From: Candidatus Woykebacteria bacterium
GTDB taxonomy: Bacteria; Patescibacteriota; Microgenomatia; Woykebacterales; RBG-16-39-9b
Assembly (NCBI GenBank): GCA_040876265.1
Contig: JBBDPN010000001.1
Coordinates: 118,208-182,207 of the forward strand
Length of the DNA stretch: 64,000 nucleotides
Direction: 5' to 3'
The notes beneath the pieces were generated by a model. That model worked only from the letters and a program-made list of their open reading frames with translations. It did not search any database and was not told the origin of the DNA. Shown piece after piece: positions 37,429 to 47,488 of this stretch (within the stretch, counting starts at the first letter, position 1; each line of letters opens with the position of its first letter). A program made the translations under genes and the position numbers.

Positions 37429-38160
37429 GTGTCAGCAAACAAAATTGATCTTATAAGACAAGCGCTTTCAGCAGCGGAAAGTAGTATAAAATTAGCTAGA
37501 CAGCTACTCTCTGAAATTGAATCTGAAAAAGGTAAGGGAAGACAAAGAGCAAAGGAACTGCCTGGGCTGGTAGGGATATTCGACGGTAAGGACATGACTA
37601 CTGAAAAAGGGGAAAAACACCCAGTTCCAGAAAACTACGCGTCCAAAAGTATTTTAGTGGTAGGGGACACATTAAAATTGGTTGAGGGTGGTGGAGAAAA
37701 GAGATTTAAACAAATAGAGCATGTAAAGAGGCACAAAACTACTGGGATTTTGGCCAAAAAGGAAGGCAAATGGACTGCAGTGACGTCCGAAGGTTCTTAC
37801 CGACTTTTACCGGCTGCGGTTGATCACTTTGGAGGGGATGTCAGTGACGAGGTGCTAATACAGTTGCCGGCAAGCAATCTCCAAACTACTTGGGCGGCGG
37901 TAGAAAAAATAATGAAAAAAGGGCCGTCTCAGAAAGGGGAAGATAAGAAACCACCGGTGGCTGAGGAAAAAGTAAAAATAGAGAAAAAAGAAGAAGAAGT
38001 TAGAGGTAAAAGCGAGGCTAAAGAAGATGGGAAAGACAAACTACCACAAAAGACTGAGCAACCGAAGGAGGAAAAAGAGCCAGAGAAGAGTAAACCAGAA
38101 GTCAAGGAAGATGTAAAAGAGCCTGTAGCCGCTACCACAACCGAAGAGGAGCTACAATGA
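37429..38160 (+). CDS. hypothetical protein with a Lys/Glu-rich low-complexity C-terminus
   Basis: Begins 27 nt after the ATPase stop. No motifs. Confidence 0.45.
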   Translation: MSANKIDLIRQALSAAESSIKLARQLLSEIESEKGKGRQRAKELPGLVGIFDGKDMTTEKGEKHPVPENYASKSILVVGDTLKLVEGGGEKRFKQIEHVKRHKTTGILAKKEGKWTAVTSEGSYRLLPAAVDHFGGDVSDEVLIQLPASNLQTTWAAVEKIMKKGPSQKGEDKKPPVAEEKVKIEKKEEEVRGKSEAKEDGKDKLPQKTEQPKEEKEPEKSKPEVKEDVKEPVAATTTEEELQ

Positions 38161-38162
38161 AT

Positions 38163-39008
38163 CTATTCTTCTAAATCATCGTCGGCTTCGCGTTCTTTCT
38201 CGGCAAGGGATTCCAAAGATTGATCTTGGTTGCTAGAGAGAAGTGTAGAAACCTCTACTTCTTCGATATCATCATCAGCCTCTGTCGGTAGAGGAGCCTG
38301 GCTTGAAAGTAAGTTCAGAGTTTCTTCTCGGACATAGGGGGTGAAAGGGGAGTTGGTAGTAGGAAACGGGGAAGAGGATACTTTTTTTGATCTATAGACC
38401 TCGCGTAAAAAAATTGCGACCTGAGGCTTTGGGTTTTCCGATTTTTCGCTCTTTATATATACCGATTTGATAATCCCTTCAAACTTACTTCCTATTTTGA
38501 TATCTTGCATCATTCTTTTTGCTAAACCCCCCGGGATCTTACCAAGCCTTCTACCACCGCTAGAAAGGACTACAAGATTGCTTTTTTGAGGAGAAAGCTG
38601 AGTTTTATCACCGGTTCGCAAGGCTACTAAAATCGAAGTCATAGCGGTATCCTCCAAAATACTGGTGCAAGTTTTGCCCGATTCTTCCAAAAATAAGTCA
38701 CCTTTTAGCGACGAAAAAATCTGACCCTCGTTAACCTCTGTTTTTCTTATCGAAGATAGTTTAGCTAGGTTTTTAGCGGCTATGGAATTGTAGGGATCCA
38801 ACTCCAACACTTTCCTATAAAGTTTCTTTGACTCAGCAACTTTTCCTGTCTCAGCGAGAGATCTAGCTAACCTATTGAGAGTATCCACATCTTCGGGGTA
38901 TTTCTTTAACAGTTCCTGATTTAGTTGTAGGGCCTTTTGCCAATTGTTTTCCAAAGCAGCATCTATTGCTTCGTCAACTAAAGGATCGATTGATATCTGA
39001 CTAACCAT
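38163..39008 (-). CDS. TPR-repeat protein
   Basis: N-terminal TPR-like helices (ALQLNQELLKKYPEDVDTLNRLARSLAETGKVAESKKLYRKVLELDPYN). C-terminal region unassigned. Confidence 0.5.
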   Translation of the reverse strand: MVSQISIDPLVDEAIDAALENNWQKALQLNQELLKKYPEDVDTLNRLARSLAETGKVAESKKLYRKVLELDPYNSIAAKNLAKLSSIRKTEVNEGQIFSSLKGDLFLEESGKTCTSILEDTAMTSILVALRTGDKTQLSPQKSNLVVLSSGGRRLGKIPGGLAKRMMQDIKIGSKFEGIIKSVYIKSEKSENPKPQVAIFLREVYRSKKVSSSPFPTTNSPFTPYVREETLNLLSSQAPLPTEADDDIEEVEVSTLLSSNQDQSLESLAEKEREADDDLEE

Positions 39009-39103
39009 GGTGAGATTTCTTCCTTAGTCTAAAGTATAATGAAATAAGTGCAGCTTTTGTCAAGAGGTATTATAGTTTAAATAAATTTGTATAATACTAG
39101 TCT

Positions 39104-39871
39104 ATGTCTGGTCACAGTAAATGGTCGACAATAAAGAGACAAAAAGGAGCAACTGACGCCAAGCGTGGTGCTGCTTTTACAAAGGCGGCTAATGCAATTA
39201 CTATTGCAGCGAGGGAGGGTGGGGCGAACCCGGAAACCAATTTTAAACTAAGACTCGCGGTAGATTCCGCTAAACGGGTTAACATGCCTAAGGGCAATAT
39301 TGAACGGGCGATTGCTAGGGGTAGCAGTGTAGGGAAAGACGGGCCAAATCTTGAAGAAGTTACTTATGAGGGCTTTGGACCTGGTGGAGTTGGTATTTTG
39401 GTGGAAGCGGTAACAGATAACCGTCAACGCACTGCTCAGGAGGTACGCAGCGCCTTTGATAGAAGCGGCGGTAGGCTTTCCGGACCAGGTTCCGTGGATC
39501 ATTTTTTTAAGCCAGTGGCAGAAATTGTGTTGCGCGTTGACAGTAATATAGATCCCGATCAGCTACTTTTGACAGCAGCAGAAGCTGGAGCGGAAGATGT
39601 TGAAGCCAGTGGCAGTGAGGCGGTTGTTTACTGTAAAGTTACCGATCTGGAAAGAGTTAAAAATAATCTTTCCGCACGGGGTTTGGAAGTAATTGAAACC
39701 AAAATAAGCCGCCAGCCAACAACTACGATAAAAATCGAGGAGGAAAAACTAGCTGCTTCTGTCCTTTCTCTGGTCGACAAACTGGAGGAACTTGCGGACG
39801 TACAAACAGTGTACGCCAATTTTGACATTCCGGAAGAGGTTTTAAAAAAGGAGGTGTACGGATCTAAATGA
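39104..39871 (+). CDS. yebC: YebC/PmpR-family transcriptional regulator
   Basis: MSGHSKWSTIKRQKGATDAKRG N-terminal signature. Confidence 0.85.
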   Translation: MSGHSKWSTIKRQKGATDAKRGAAFTKAANAITIAAREGGANPETNFKLRLAVDSAKRVNMPKGNIERAIARGSSVGKDGPNLEEVTYEGFGPGGVGILVEAVTDNRQRTAQEVRSAFDRSGGRLSGPGSVDHFFKPVAEIVLRVDSNIDPDQLLLTAAEAGAEDVEASGSEAVVYCKVTDLERVKNNLSARGLEVIETKISRQPTTTIKIEEEKLAASVLSLVDKLEELADVQTVYANFDIPEEVLKKEVYGSK

Positions 39872-39905
39872 ATCAGTAAGACAAACGCAGAAGATTGCGC
39901 TTAAA

Positions 39906-40172
39906 ATGCCCGGTAATGAGAGTTGGGGTGTACATACAAGATTCGTTGAATTAATCGAAGAAGTTGGAGAGCTTGCCAACGCAATTCAGACAGAAGAAGG
40001 GTACAAAACAAAAAATCGGAAGAAATCAGAAATTATTGATTCGATTTGCGATGTACTTTGGGAGATATTGCTAATCGCGGGTATTTATAAGATCGACTTA
40101 AACAAAGAGTATCCAAAAGTTATAAAACAAATTAACGAACGCCGCGAAAAGGGTGAGTTTGATTATGTATAA
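39906..40172 (+). CDS. MazG-like nucleotide pyrophosphohydrolase domain protein (small)
   Basis: EEVGELANAIQ ... DVLWEILLIA matches the MazG EExxE/D helix pair. Confidence 0.55.
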   Translation: MPGNESWGVHTRFVELIEEVGELANAIQTEEGYKTKNRKKSEIIDSICDVLWEILLIAGIYKIDLNKEYPKVIKQINERREKGEFDYV

Positions 40173-40199
40173 ACCGTATAATTATACCTATATTCGAGG

Positions 40200-40739
40200 T
40201 TGGATATGCTAATTATTGGGGTAGATCCTGGTACCGCCACAACAGGGTGGGGGGTTATACGAAAAACAAAGGGTAAGAGTGAAAATGCCAAAAATGGTAA
40301 TTCACTGCAACTTATTGATTTTGGCTGTATTCTCACAAAGTCTACCGACGAAATGGGTGATAGGCTGTTTATCCTGAGGAGAAGTTTACAAAAAATAATA
40401 AAAGAGCACCGGCCAGAGATGATGGTGATTGAAAGATTATTTTTTGGGGCCAATGCAACCAGTGCTCTTTCAGTTGGGCAGGCGAGGGGAGTGGTATTAC
40501 TAGTCGCCAGGGAGAATAAATTAAAAACTTACGAGTACACTGGTCTACAGGTAAAACTCACTGTCGCCGATCATGGTCGAGCGGATAAAAAGGCTGTCCA
40601 AAGAGCAGTAAAGAAGCACTTGGGAATTACTCGTTTACGAAACCCGAAAGATCAATTTGGTCGCGAGGTTTTCCGTTTTAGAGATGATGCTTACGACGCG
40701 GTCGCTGCGACTATCTGCCATGTCATAAAAACGTTTTAG
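40200..40739 (+). CDS. ruvC: crossover junction endodeoxyribonuclease RuvC
   Basis: IIGVDPGTATTGWGVI catalytic Asp motif, ERLFFGAN, DAVAATICH. Confidence 0.85.
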   Translation: MDMLIIGVDPGTATTGWGVIRKTKGKSENAKNGNSLQLIDFGCILTKSTDEMGDRLFILRRSLQKIIKEHRPEMMVIERLFFGANATSALSVGQARGVVLLVARENKLKTYEYTGLQVKLTVADHGRADKKAVQRAVKKHLGITRLRNPKDQFGREVFRFRDDAYDAVAATICHVIKTF

Positions 40740-40749
40740 TGTGTAGTTT

Positions 40750-41526
40750 ATGGTAATCACCAAAAGGCAAAAGATATTTGTCAGCAGTTTACTTTTATCG
40801 GCAACAACATCGTCCTTGCCTTTTGTTGGCGAAGGAAATGAGCTACCGTTCTTAGCGGTGGTCTTGATTGCCAGCTATTTTCTTTCAGTATGGTCGATTT
40901 ATGGACAATTTTCGATCTTTGAGTTGGTAAGTCTATTCGTATTGCCAGTCACACTCACAGCAAGCTTTGGCCTTTTTTTAACTCAATTTGAGGTTGGTAC
41001 GCTAACACGGATAATTTTAGCAATAGGTTACGTGGTGGCAATTTACACTATTTTACTTTCCGAGAACATTTTCAATGTTTCGGTGGAGCGAAACATACCA
41101 CTTATCCGGGCGGCCAGAACTGTAGGATATTTAGCAACTCTTTTCGTCTCGTTTGCTTTCTTTACGTTGCTTTTCGGGCTGGACTTAAATAACTTAATTT
41201 TTTCAGTAGCTTCCACCGTAGTTGCCGTCCTATTGTTTGCCCAGGGAATTTGGCAGATTGAATTAAAATATACTGACCCAAAGCGGCTTATCTATTACTC
41301 GTTAATTCTAGGTCTTATCACTGGTGAGATTGCCGCGGCTCTCAGTTTTTGGCCTTTGGAACCGCCGAAACTTGGAATTGCTATGACTACTGCCGTCTAT
41401 GTTTTACTCGGAGTTTCTGGCCACCATATAAGAGAGGATTTGAGTAAGCGCACCGTCACAGAGTATTTGTTGGTTGCCGGTGGAGTAATACTGCTTCTTA
41501 TCCTTACGACCAGTTGGGGTATTTAA
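40750..41526 (+). CDS. hypothetical polytopic membrane protein
   Basis: Six to seven predicted TM helices. No motifs. Confidence 0.45.
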   Translation: MVITKRQKIFVSSLLLSATTSSLPFVGEGNELPFLAVVLIASYFLSVWSIYGQFSIFELVSLFVLPVTLTASFGLFLTQFEVGTLTRIILAIGYVVAIYTILLSENIFNVSVERNIPLIRAARTVGYLATLFVSFAFFTLLFGLDLNNLIFSVASTVVAVLLFAQGIWQIELKYTDPKRLIYYSLILGLITGEIAAALSFWPLEPPKLGIAMTTAVYVLLGVSGHHIREDLSKRTVTEYLLVAGGVILLLILTTSWGI

Positions 41527-42305
41527 TTATTTTAAAAAATTCCCCAGGGTTGCGCACCCAAATTATTTATAAAAGTCAGCCCAGTTATTTTTTTGCTACA
41601 CAGATCCGAGAGTGGAGGAGTAAAATAGAAAGGCGGAAAGATCCCCCATCAAGAGTAGTACGAGCCCAAGGCAGCTAAATGATATAGTATGATATAGTTA
41701 GTTTTCACGCGTGGAAAGTATCAAAACTATAGGGTAGGGTAAGCGGTTGGTTTTTCGGGTTTGATCATAAAAAACCCGAATGAGTTGTGCCTGAACTTCC
41801 TAAGACTCATGGGGGCCCTCTCCTCCGAGGGAAGAAGGTTAAAAAGTAGCCACGAAATTGATATTTTACCCATATGTAACAATCAATTTTGACATTGTTT
41901 TTATAAGTGAGTAATAAAATTACAGCTACCGTGAGTCCGGCTTAAAGCTAAAATCATTAAAATCTACTGTTATAACGAGCAAAACATCGATTGGACTGCT
42001 AAAGGCCGTGGGCCGAAGGCCCCATCTATCTAAGATCCACCAGTATAAAAACGAGGCGCTCAGATGCTCTAGGCGAGGTTTTTATCTACTAGGAGCATAC
42101 TAGCATCCCCGCCGAAGGGAAAATAGAAACCCTATCAAATAGAAAGTAAAGAGGACTAAACAGCTTTTGTTTTACGAGCCAAAATAGTACACCCCTCTCT
42201 TGACAGCGTAACCAGGGTGTGGTTAAATTTATACAGACTGAGTATAATCACCATTACACTCAGTCGATTAAGCTCCCCCGGATGGAGATTTGTTAAAATA
42301 AAATT

Positions 42306-43247
42306 ATGCTGCCGCACATCGAAGATTTTCTTTTATCCTTGCAGACTAACAACTATTCCCCCGAAACTGTCTATAATTATGATCGTGATTTAAAAGTTTT
42401 CGACCAATTTTTATCCGAAGCTGGCACTTCCTTTGATAAAGTTGATAAAACCACCATCGCCCGCTATAAGGCCTACCTCACGTCTCGCGACAGAAAAACG
42501 CCAATTAGCTTGAAAGAACAAGAAAAAATTCTAGTTTCACGTTCGGTAAATAGAATGCTGTCTAGTTTACGCAGCTTCTTAAAATTCCTTATTGAGATGG
42601 ATAAGCCGGTGCCCGTGCCGCCAGAAGCAGTGAAGCTAACCAAGACGGAGAGAAAGCACCCACAGGTGGCTGAGATGAACGAACTGATCAGCCTTATTGA
42701 GGCTCCAAATAAGTTTGAGAAAGATAAGCTAGTGACGCTGCGTAATCGGGCGATACTTGAAGTCCTTTTTGCCACCGGTATGCGCATTTCGGAACTTTGT
42801 TCATTAAATAGAAACCAGATTGACGATTCTGGAAAAATATTTATTATGGGTAAGGGTAAGAAGCAGAGGTTCGTCTATCTCACGCCCCGTGCTACCGAGC
42901 ATCTAAATAGGTACCTTTCTACCCGAAAGGACATTCTACCCGCTCTTTTTATCCCCTATGCCGGTCAAAATGTGAATAGCGCCAAAAAAAGAATCGCGAC
43001 AAATTATTTACAAGCTAAGATAAAGGAGTATCGGGAGAAATTGAAAATAAACGTTCCTACGAGTGCTCACAGTCTGCGGCATGGCTTTGCGACGTACCTG
43101 GCGGAGGAGGGAGCCTCACCAGCGGCAATTCAGATCCTTCTTGGTCACGAGTCGCTGGATACGACTACCCGTTATGTTCACGCCAGTGATCGCTTCGCCC
43201 AAGAAACTCACCGCAAATACCACCCCCTGGCTGAGGCTGATGATTAA
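42306..43247 (+). CDS. tyrosine site-specific recombinase, XerC/XerD-like
   Basis: Tyrosine recombinase catalytic residues in ATGMRISE, HSLRHGFATYL and LLGHESLDTTTRYVH. Confidence 0.8.
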   Translation: MLPHIEDFLLSLQTNNYSPETVYNYDRDLKVFDQFLSEAGTSFDKVDKTTIARYKAYLTSRDRKTPISLKEQEKILVSRSVNRMLSSLRSFLKFLIEMDKPVPVPPEAVKLTKTERKHPQVAEMNELISLIEAPNKFEKDKLVTLRNRAILEVLFATGMRISELCSLNRNQIDDSGKIFIMGKGKKQRFVYLTPRATEHLNRYLSTRKDILPALFIPYAGQNVNSAKKRIATNYLQAKIKEYREKLKINVPTSAHSLRHGFATYLAEEGASPAAIQILLGHESLDTTTRYVHASDRFAQETHRKYHPLAEADD

Positions 43248-43279
43248 ACTATTTCCAGAAGCTATGCGCTACCAAAAAA

Positions 43280-44869
43280 TCAAATAGAAATAATGTACCC
43301 TTCATTCGGTTTTAATTTAAACCGTGATAGATCTACCACCTTACCTATTTCGTCACCCAATGAAGTATCGCAGATAATTTTAGGGTTTGGGTATTCTATA
43401 GAAATACTGCAGTTCTTATTAGAAAAATTTAATAATACTAATACCTTTTCCTTTCCGTCCCTTCGAATATAGGCGAAAACATCTTTACCCGGCATTGGTA
43501 ATGGAACGTAGGATCCCCTTCTAAGTGCCTCGTTCTTGTTGCGAAGACTGATGAGCTTCTTATAAAGTGAAAGCATTGAGTGCCGGTTTTTACTTTGGTT
43601 TCTTACATTTACTTTACGATAGTTTCCAGCAACTGGTAACCAAGGCTCGACTCTAGAAAAACCGGCATATTTACTACTGTCCCATTGCATAGGCGTCCTT
43701 ACAGGGTCACGCCCACCCTCTAAGCCTTCTTGCCCCGCAGAATTTCTATCGGTAATTTTTTCTTTTGGTATACGGACGTTTTTTAACCCTAACTCATCAC
43801 CATAATAAATAAAAGGAATCCCCCTCAACGTGAGTAAAAGCATAGCCGCCACTCGTGCAGCGCTTTGATCTAGTCTGCTAGATACTCTAGCGCGATCATG
43901 GTTGCTCAGAACATAGTTTGGGATGTGATGAGGTTTTAATGATCGTTCGTAAGTGTCGATAAATTTTTTAAAGCTTTTTGCATTCCAAGGAAGAAGTAAT
44001 AAATTAAGATTCAATGGCGCACAACGCGATGAATTATAATTTTTATAATAATCTATCATTCCTGGAATATCGGTGTAGTCTTCTGTTACCATAAATTTAT
44101 CTTCATAACTTTCTAGTAACTTACAAAACCTTATCAGTATTTTAAATCTTTCGGGCTGATTCATACTGTAAACATGATTCAGTTTCTTATACGGATCATC
44201 TACACCATCTTGGTAGTTATAATTAGGTAGGTCATCTCTAAACAAGGCATCTTTAACGAGCATATGGACCGCGTCAACTCTAAACCCGTCCACTCCTATA
44301 TCCATCCAAAACTTTAAGATTTTTGTCATCTCCTTCAGAATTGCTGGATTTCTCCAATTTAAGTCTGGTTGTTCTTTATAAAAAGAATGAAGATAGTATT
44401 GTCCCGTTCGCTTATCATATTCCCAAGCAGATCCACCGAATACACTTAACCAATTATTCGGAGGGGAGCCGTCTTCTTTAGGGTCCGCCCAAATATAATA
44501 ATCCCGTTTAGGATTATATTTTGAGGACTTAGATTCTAAAAACCATTTATGTTGTTCAGAGGTATGATTTGGAACAAAATCAAGAAGCACCTTTATATTT
44601 CTTTTATGCGCCTCCCCTATTAACTTGTTAAACTTGCTTAAGTTACCAAAAACAGGATCAATTTCTAAATAATCTGCTACATCATAACCCCCGTCAAGCA
44701 TAGGCGATTTAAAAATAGGCGAAAGCCAAATGGCGCCAACGTTTAGACAGTTTTCGGCATTATTACTTAAATAATCAAGTTTTTGGATAAGACCGGCTAA
44801 ATCTCCCACCCCATCGTTGTTAGAATCTTTAAAACTTTTTGGGTAAATTTGATATACTACCATAGTCAA
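43280..44869 (-). CDS. GH13 alpha-glucosidase (oligo-1,6-glucosidase / trehalose-6-phosphate hydrolase-like)
   Basis: GH13 regions I (VLLDFVPNHTS) and II (DGFRVDAVHML). N-terminus typical of oligo-1,6-glucosidases (YQIYPKSFKDSNNDGVGD). Confidence 0.85.
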   Translation of the reverse strand: MTMVVYQIYPKSFKDSNNDGVGDLAGLIQKLDYLSNNAENCLNVGAIWLSPIFKSPMLDGGYDVADYLEIDPVFGNLSKFNKLIGEAHKRNIKVLLDFVPNHTSEQHKWFLESKSSKYNPKRDYYIWADPKEDGSPPNNWLSVFGGSAWEYDKRTGQYYLHSFYKEQPDLNWRNPAILKEMTKILKFWMDIGVDGFRVDAVHMLVKDALFRDDLPNYNYQDGVDDPYKKLNHVYSMNQPERFKILIRFCKLLESYEDKFMVTEDYTDIPGMIDYYKNYNSSRCAPLNLNLLLLPWNAKSFKKFIDTYERSLKPHHIPNYVLSNHDRARVSSRLDQSAARVAAMLLLTLRGIPFIYYGDELGLKNVRIPKEKITDRNSAGQEGLEGGRDPVRTPMQWDSSKYAGFSRVEPWLPVAGNYRKVNVRNQSKNRHSMLSLYKKLISLRNKNEALRRGSYVPLPMPGKDVFAYIRRDGKEKVLVLLNFSNKNCSISIEYPNPKIICDTSLGDEIGKVVDLSRFKLKPNEGYIISI

Positions 44870-44988
44870 GAGATGAATTTAATAATTGTGTTAAGCAACT
44901 TATGTTCGAGAAGTCCATAAATGCAGATTGTACTTCAAAAACGCTTCCTTATAATATTGGGTTTACTTGCTAAAATTATTATAACAAA

Positions 44989-46137
44989 ATGAGAATTGCA
45001 GTGATTGGATCAGTTTCAAAACCAACTCGTTATGAGACTCCCGGTGGGGTAGAAGTTTGGACCTCCCTATTTTTGTTAGAGTCTATAAAAAGAGGACATG
45101 TATTTGATTTATACTCCCTTAGGGATTCGCTACAAATACCAAATAAAATTAATCTAATCACAGTGTCTAACAAGGGAGTTGACGAGATTAAAAACTCTAA
45201 ATCGTTTGGGGAAAAACACCAACGAGAATATGATAGCGCCTCCTTACTAGGTATATTCTTTTCAAGAATAACGCTACTTATCAAAGAAAACGAACAGAGC
45301 TATGATATTGTTATTAACAGTTCGGGAAGCCCGTTATTAACTGTAAACTGGGATTTTTATAAAAAACCACTTTTAACGATTGCACATTTTGCGGCCTTTG
45401 AACCATTTGTAAGTTATTTTGAATATTTTCCTTTACCCAACAATATTTTTTACGCGTTTCCAAGTCTTCGTGAGTCTGAACTAGCTAAGGAAATACCTGG
45501 AAAGCAAAAATTTCATATTCCACACGGGGTAGACGTTGAAAAAATTACATTTAGGGAAAATGGAGCTAGAAACATACTTTGGTTTGGGCGGCTAGATCCA
45601 ACAATGCCTAAGGGTCTTATTGAAGCAATTCATATTTCCAATAAAATGGAGATCCCTATAGATATATACACACACGTTGAAGATATTAGTTATTTTAAGA
45701 GAACCGTTAAGCCACTTTTAACAAAATATACTAATTTTCAAATTAATACACCGCGTAATGATTTTTTTAATAAGGCTAAACTTTTCCTTTTACCATTAGG
45801 TTGGGAAGAGCCTTTTGGCTTAACGATACTTGAATCTATGGTTAGTGGAACACCAGTAGTTGCTTATGCGAAAGGAGCTGTTCCAGAGATAGTGAGGGAC
45901 GGTGAAACTGGTTTTATCGTAAACTCTTCAGACGATGATTTAAGAGGTGACTGGATTATTAAAAAAACTGGAATCGAGGGTTTGTGTGAAGCAGTTAAAA
46001 AGATCTATAAGATGCCAGACTCTCAGTACGCAGCAATGAGAAAAGCTTGCAGAAAGAATGCAGAAACCAACTTTACCACCGGTAAAATGGTAGATTCATA
46101 TGAAACTGCTTACCGAAAGATATTATCAGGTCATTAG
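44989..46137 (+). CDS. glycosyltransferase family 4 (GT-B, group 1)
   Basis: EPFGLTILESMVSGTPVV...GETGFIV (E-x7-E region). Confidence 0.7.
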   Translation: MRIAVIGSVSKPTRYETPGGVEVWTSLFLLESIKRGHVFDLYSLRDSLQIPNKINLITVSNKGVDEIKNSKSFGEKHQREYDSASLLGIFFSRITLLIKENEQSYDIVINSSGSPLLTVNWDFYKKPLLTIAHFAAFEPFVSYFEYFPLPNNIFYAFPSLRESELAKEIPGKQKFHIPHGVDVEKITFRENGARNILWFGRLDPTMPKGLIEAIHISNKMEIPIDIYTHVEDISYFKRTVKPLLTKYTNFQINTPRNDFFNKAKLFLLPLGWEEPFGLTILESMVSGTPVVAYAKGAVPEIVRDGETGFIVNSSDDDLRGDWIIKKTGIEGLCEAVKKIYKMPDSQYAAMRKACRKNAETNFTTGKMVDSYETAYRKILSGH

Positions 46138-46183
46138 GAGATCTATATTCAATTGAGTTTGTATTTAACTGCTGCCCCTTTAT

Positions 46184-47488
46184 TTATGTGGTGAAGTCTA
46201 GTATTGTGGCGGCGGTCCAAGCCTGTTCGTGGGCCCCGTAATGGCCTCCGTGTTCCACGTACTCTTTTATCTTCCCATCAAAAGCACAATAAAGCTCTAG
46301 CATTGTACCAAACTGACTAACCGCGTTGATCACGGAACTTTTTATTTGCTGGGCCTCTTTTTTATAGCCAAAATTTTCAAACCCCTCTGCGATAAGACCG
46401 TTATCAAAAGGCCAAACAGAACCATTGTGGTAGCTGCAGGGATCAAAAAACTTTGATTCTGTACTCAGTGTACGGATTCCTGCGCCCTCAACAAAAAGAT
46501 CTGGATTTAGTAATCTATGTACAACGTCTGGCATATACTGATCCTCAATTATAGACTCTGGCTTGCCGTTCTCTATAATAGACGCCCACATACAATGACC
46601 AGGGTTGCTTCTTACCGAAAGTATGTGTGCTATTTGGCCAAAGATGGCATAAACAAAGTAGTACAAATCCTTGCTGCGCATGAGAAACTTATTATTAAAC
46701 TCCTTTTTTAATTGATCGGCTCTACTTTTTAGGGTCTCTGCTCTGGTTTTATCTATATTTTCGTAGATCCTTGACCAGAGTCTCAGAGCCTTCCAGTAAT
46801 AACTTTGAACTTCAACCAAAGCGATTGGTTCTTTTGGAGGCTCTCCATAGATGAGAATAGAGTCAATGCTATCCATCCAGCCTTGATTTACCAAACCTCC
46901 GTGATCTTCTGGTCTCTGAAGTTGATATTCGAGAAAAAGTTTGTTGCCACTTTTTGGACTAAATTTTGTTAAATATTCAAAGGCTTTTTCGGCGGCAGGC
47001 AAGATATCCTCAAACAAATTCTTGTCGTTCGTAGCGTTATAATATTCCGCTGCCAGAATGAGGAAAAGAGGGGTAGCATCAACAGAGTCGTAGTTTCTTA
47101 TTGTTTTATTTGGGTAAACATACCAGTTTATTGGTTTTTTTGTGAGATAATCATACCCTTTCTCGCGGTATTCATGAACCATTTTTCCGGGTTTCTCCCC
47201 ACTTTTCAGATTTATTTCTTTTCCCCGCAACCTGATTGCTGTCCGGATAGTGTGTCGAATGATCCGTAGGAATATCTCGTCTGGTTTTTTCTCGTAGACT
47301 CTTAGTAATTTCAGACAGGTGATCATCGAGTCCCGTCCAAAATAAGCAGCGTAGCGGTCGTCCTTTCCAGAGGCGTTTATGCCAAGCGGGGTTTCTAATT
47401 CTAAGATAGCTTTATAAGCTAGATCACGTAGGGATTTTAGACCTTGTCTTTGTAGTGGTTTGTGTTGTTGATGCAGCTTTTTTGCCAT
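46184..47488 (-). CDS. (alpha/alpha)6-barrel glycoside hydrolase, GDE_C / amylo-alpha-1,6-glucosidase-like
   Basis: FGRDSMI, NQGWMD and YHNGSVWPFDN motifs as in the GDE_C family. The start overlaps the upstream GT4 gene by 65 nt; an internal alternative start is possible. Confidence 0.55.
   Translation of the reverse strand: MAKKLHQQHKPLQRQGLKSLRDLAYKAILELETPLGINASGKDDRYAAYFGRDSMITCLKLLRVYEKKPDEIFLRIIRHTIRTAIRLRGKEINLKSGEKPGKMVHEYREKGYDYLTKKPINWYVYPNKTIRNYDSVDATPLFLILAAEYYNATNDKNLFEDILPAAEKAFEYLTKFSPKSGNKLFLEYQLQRPEDHGGLVNQGWMDSIDSILIYGEPPKEPIALVEVQSYYWKALRLWSRIYENIDKTRAETLKSRADQLKKEFNNKFLMRSKDLYYFVYAIFGQIAHILSVRSNPGHCMWASIIENGKPESIIEDQYMPDVVHRLLNPDLFVEGAGIRTLSTESKFFDPCSYHNGSVWPFDNGLIAEGFENFGYKKEAQQIKSSVINAVSQFGTMLELYCAFDGKIKEYVEHGGHYGAHEQAWTAATILDFTT

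Noticed and set aside
41700-41950. Confident call of RNase P RNA
   Set aside because: CR-I and CR-V-like strings are present, but the universally conserved P4 pairing (AAGUCCGG with CCGGCUU) could not be built on either strand. It is retained only as a low-confidence ncRNA candidate.
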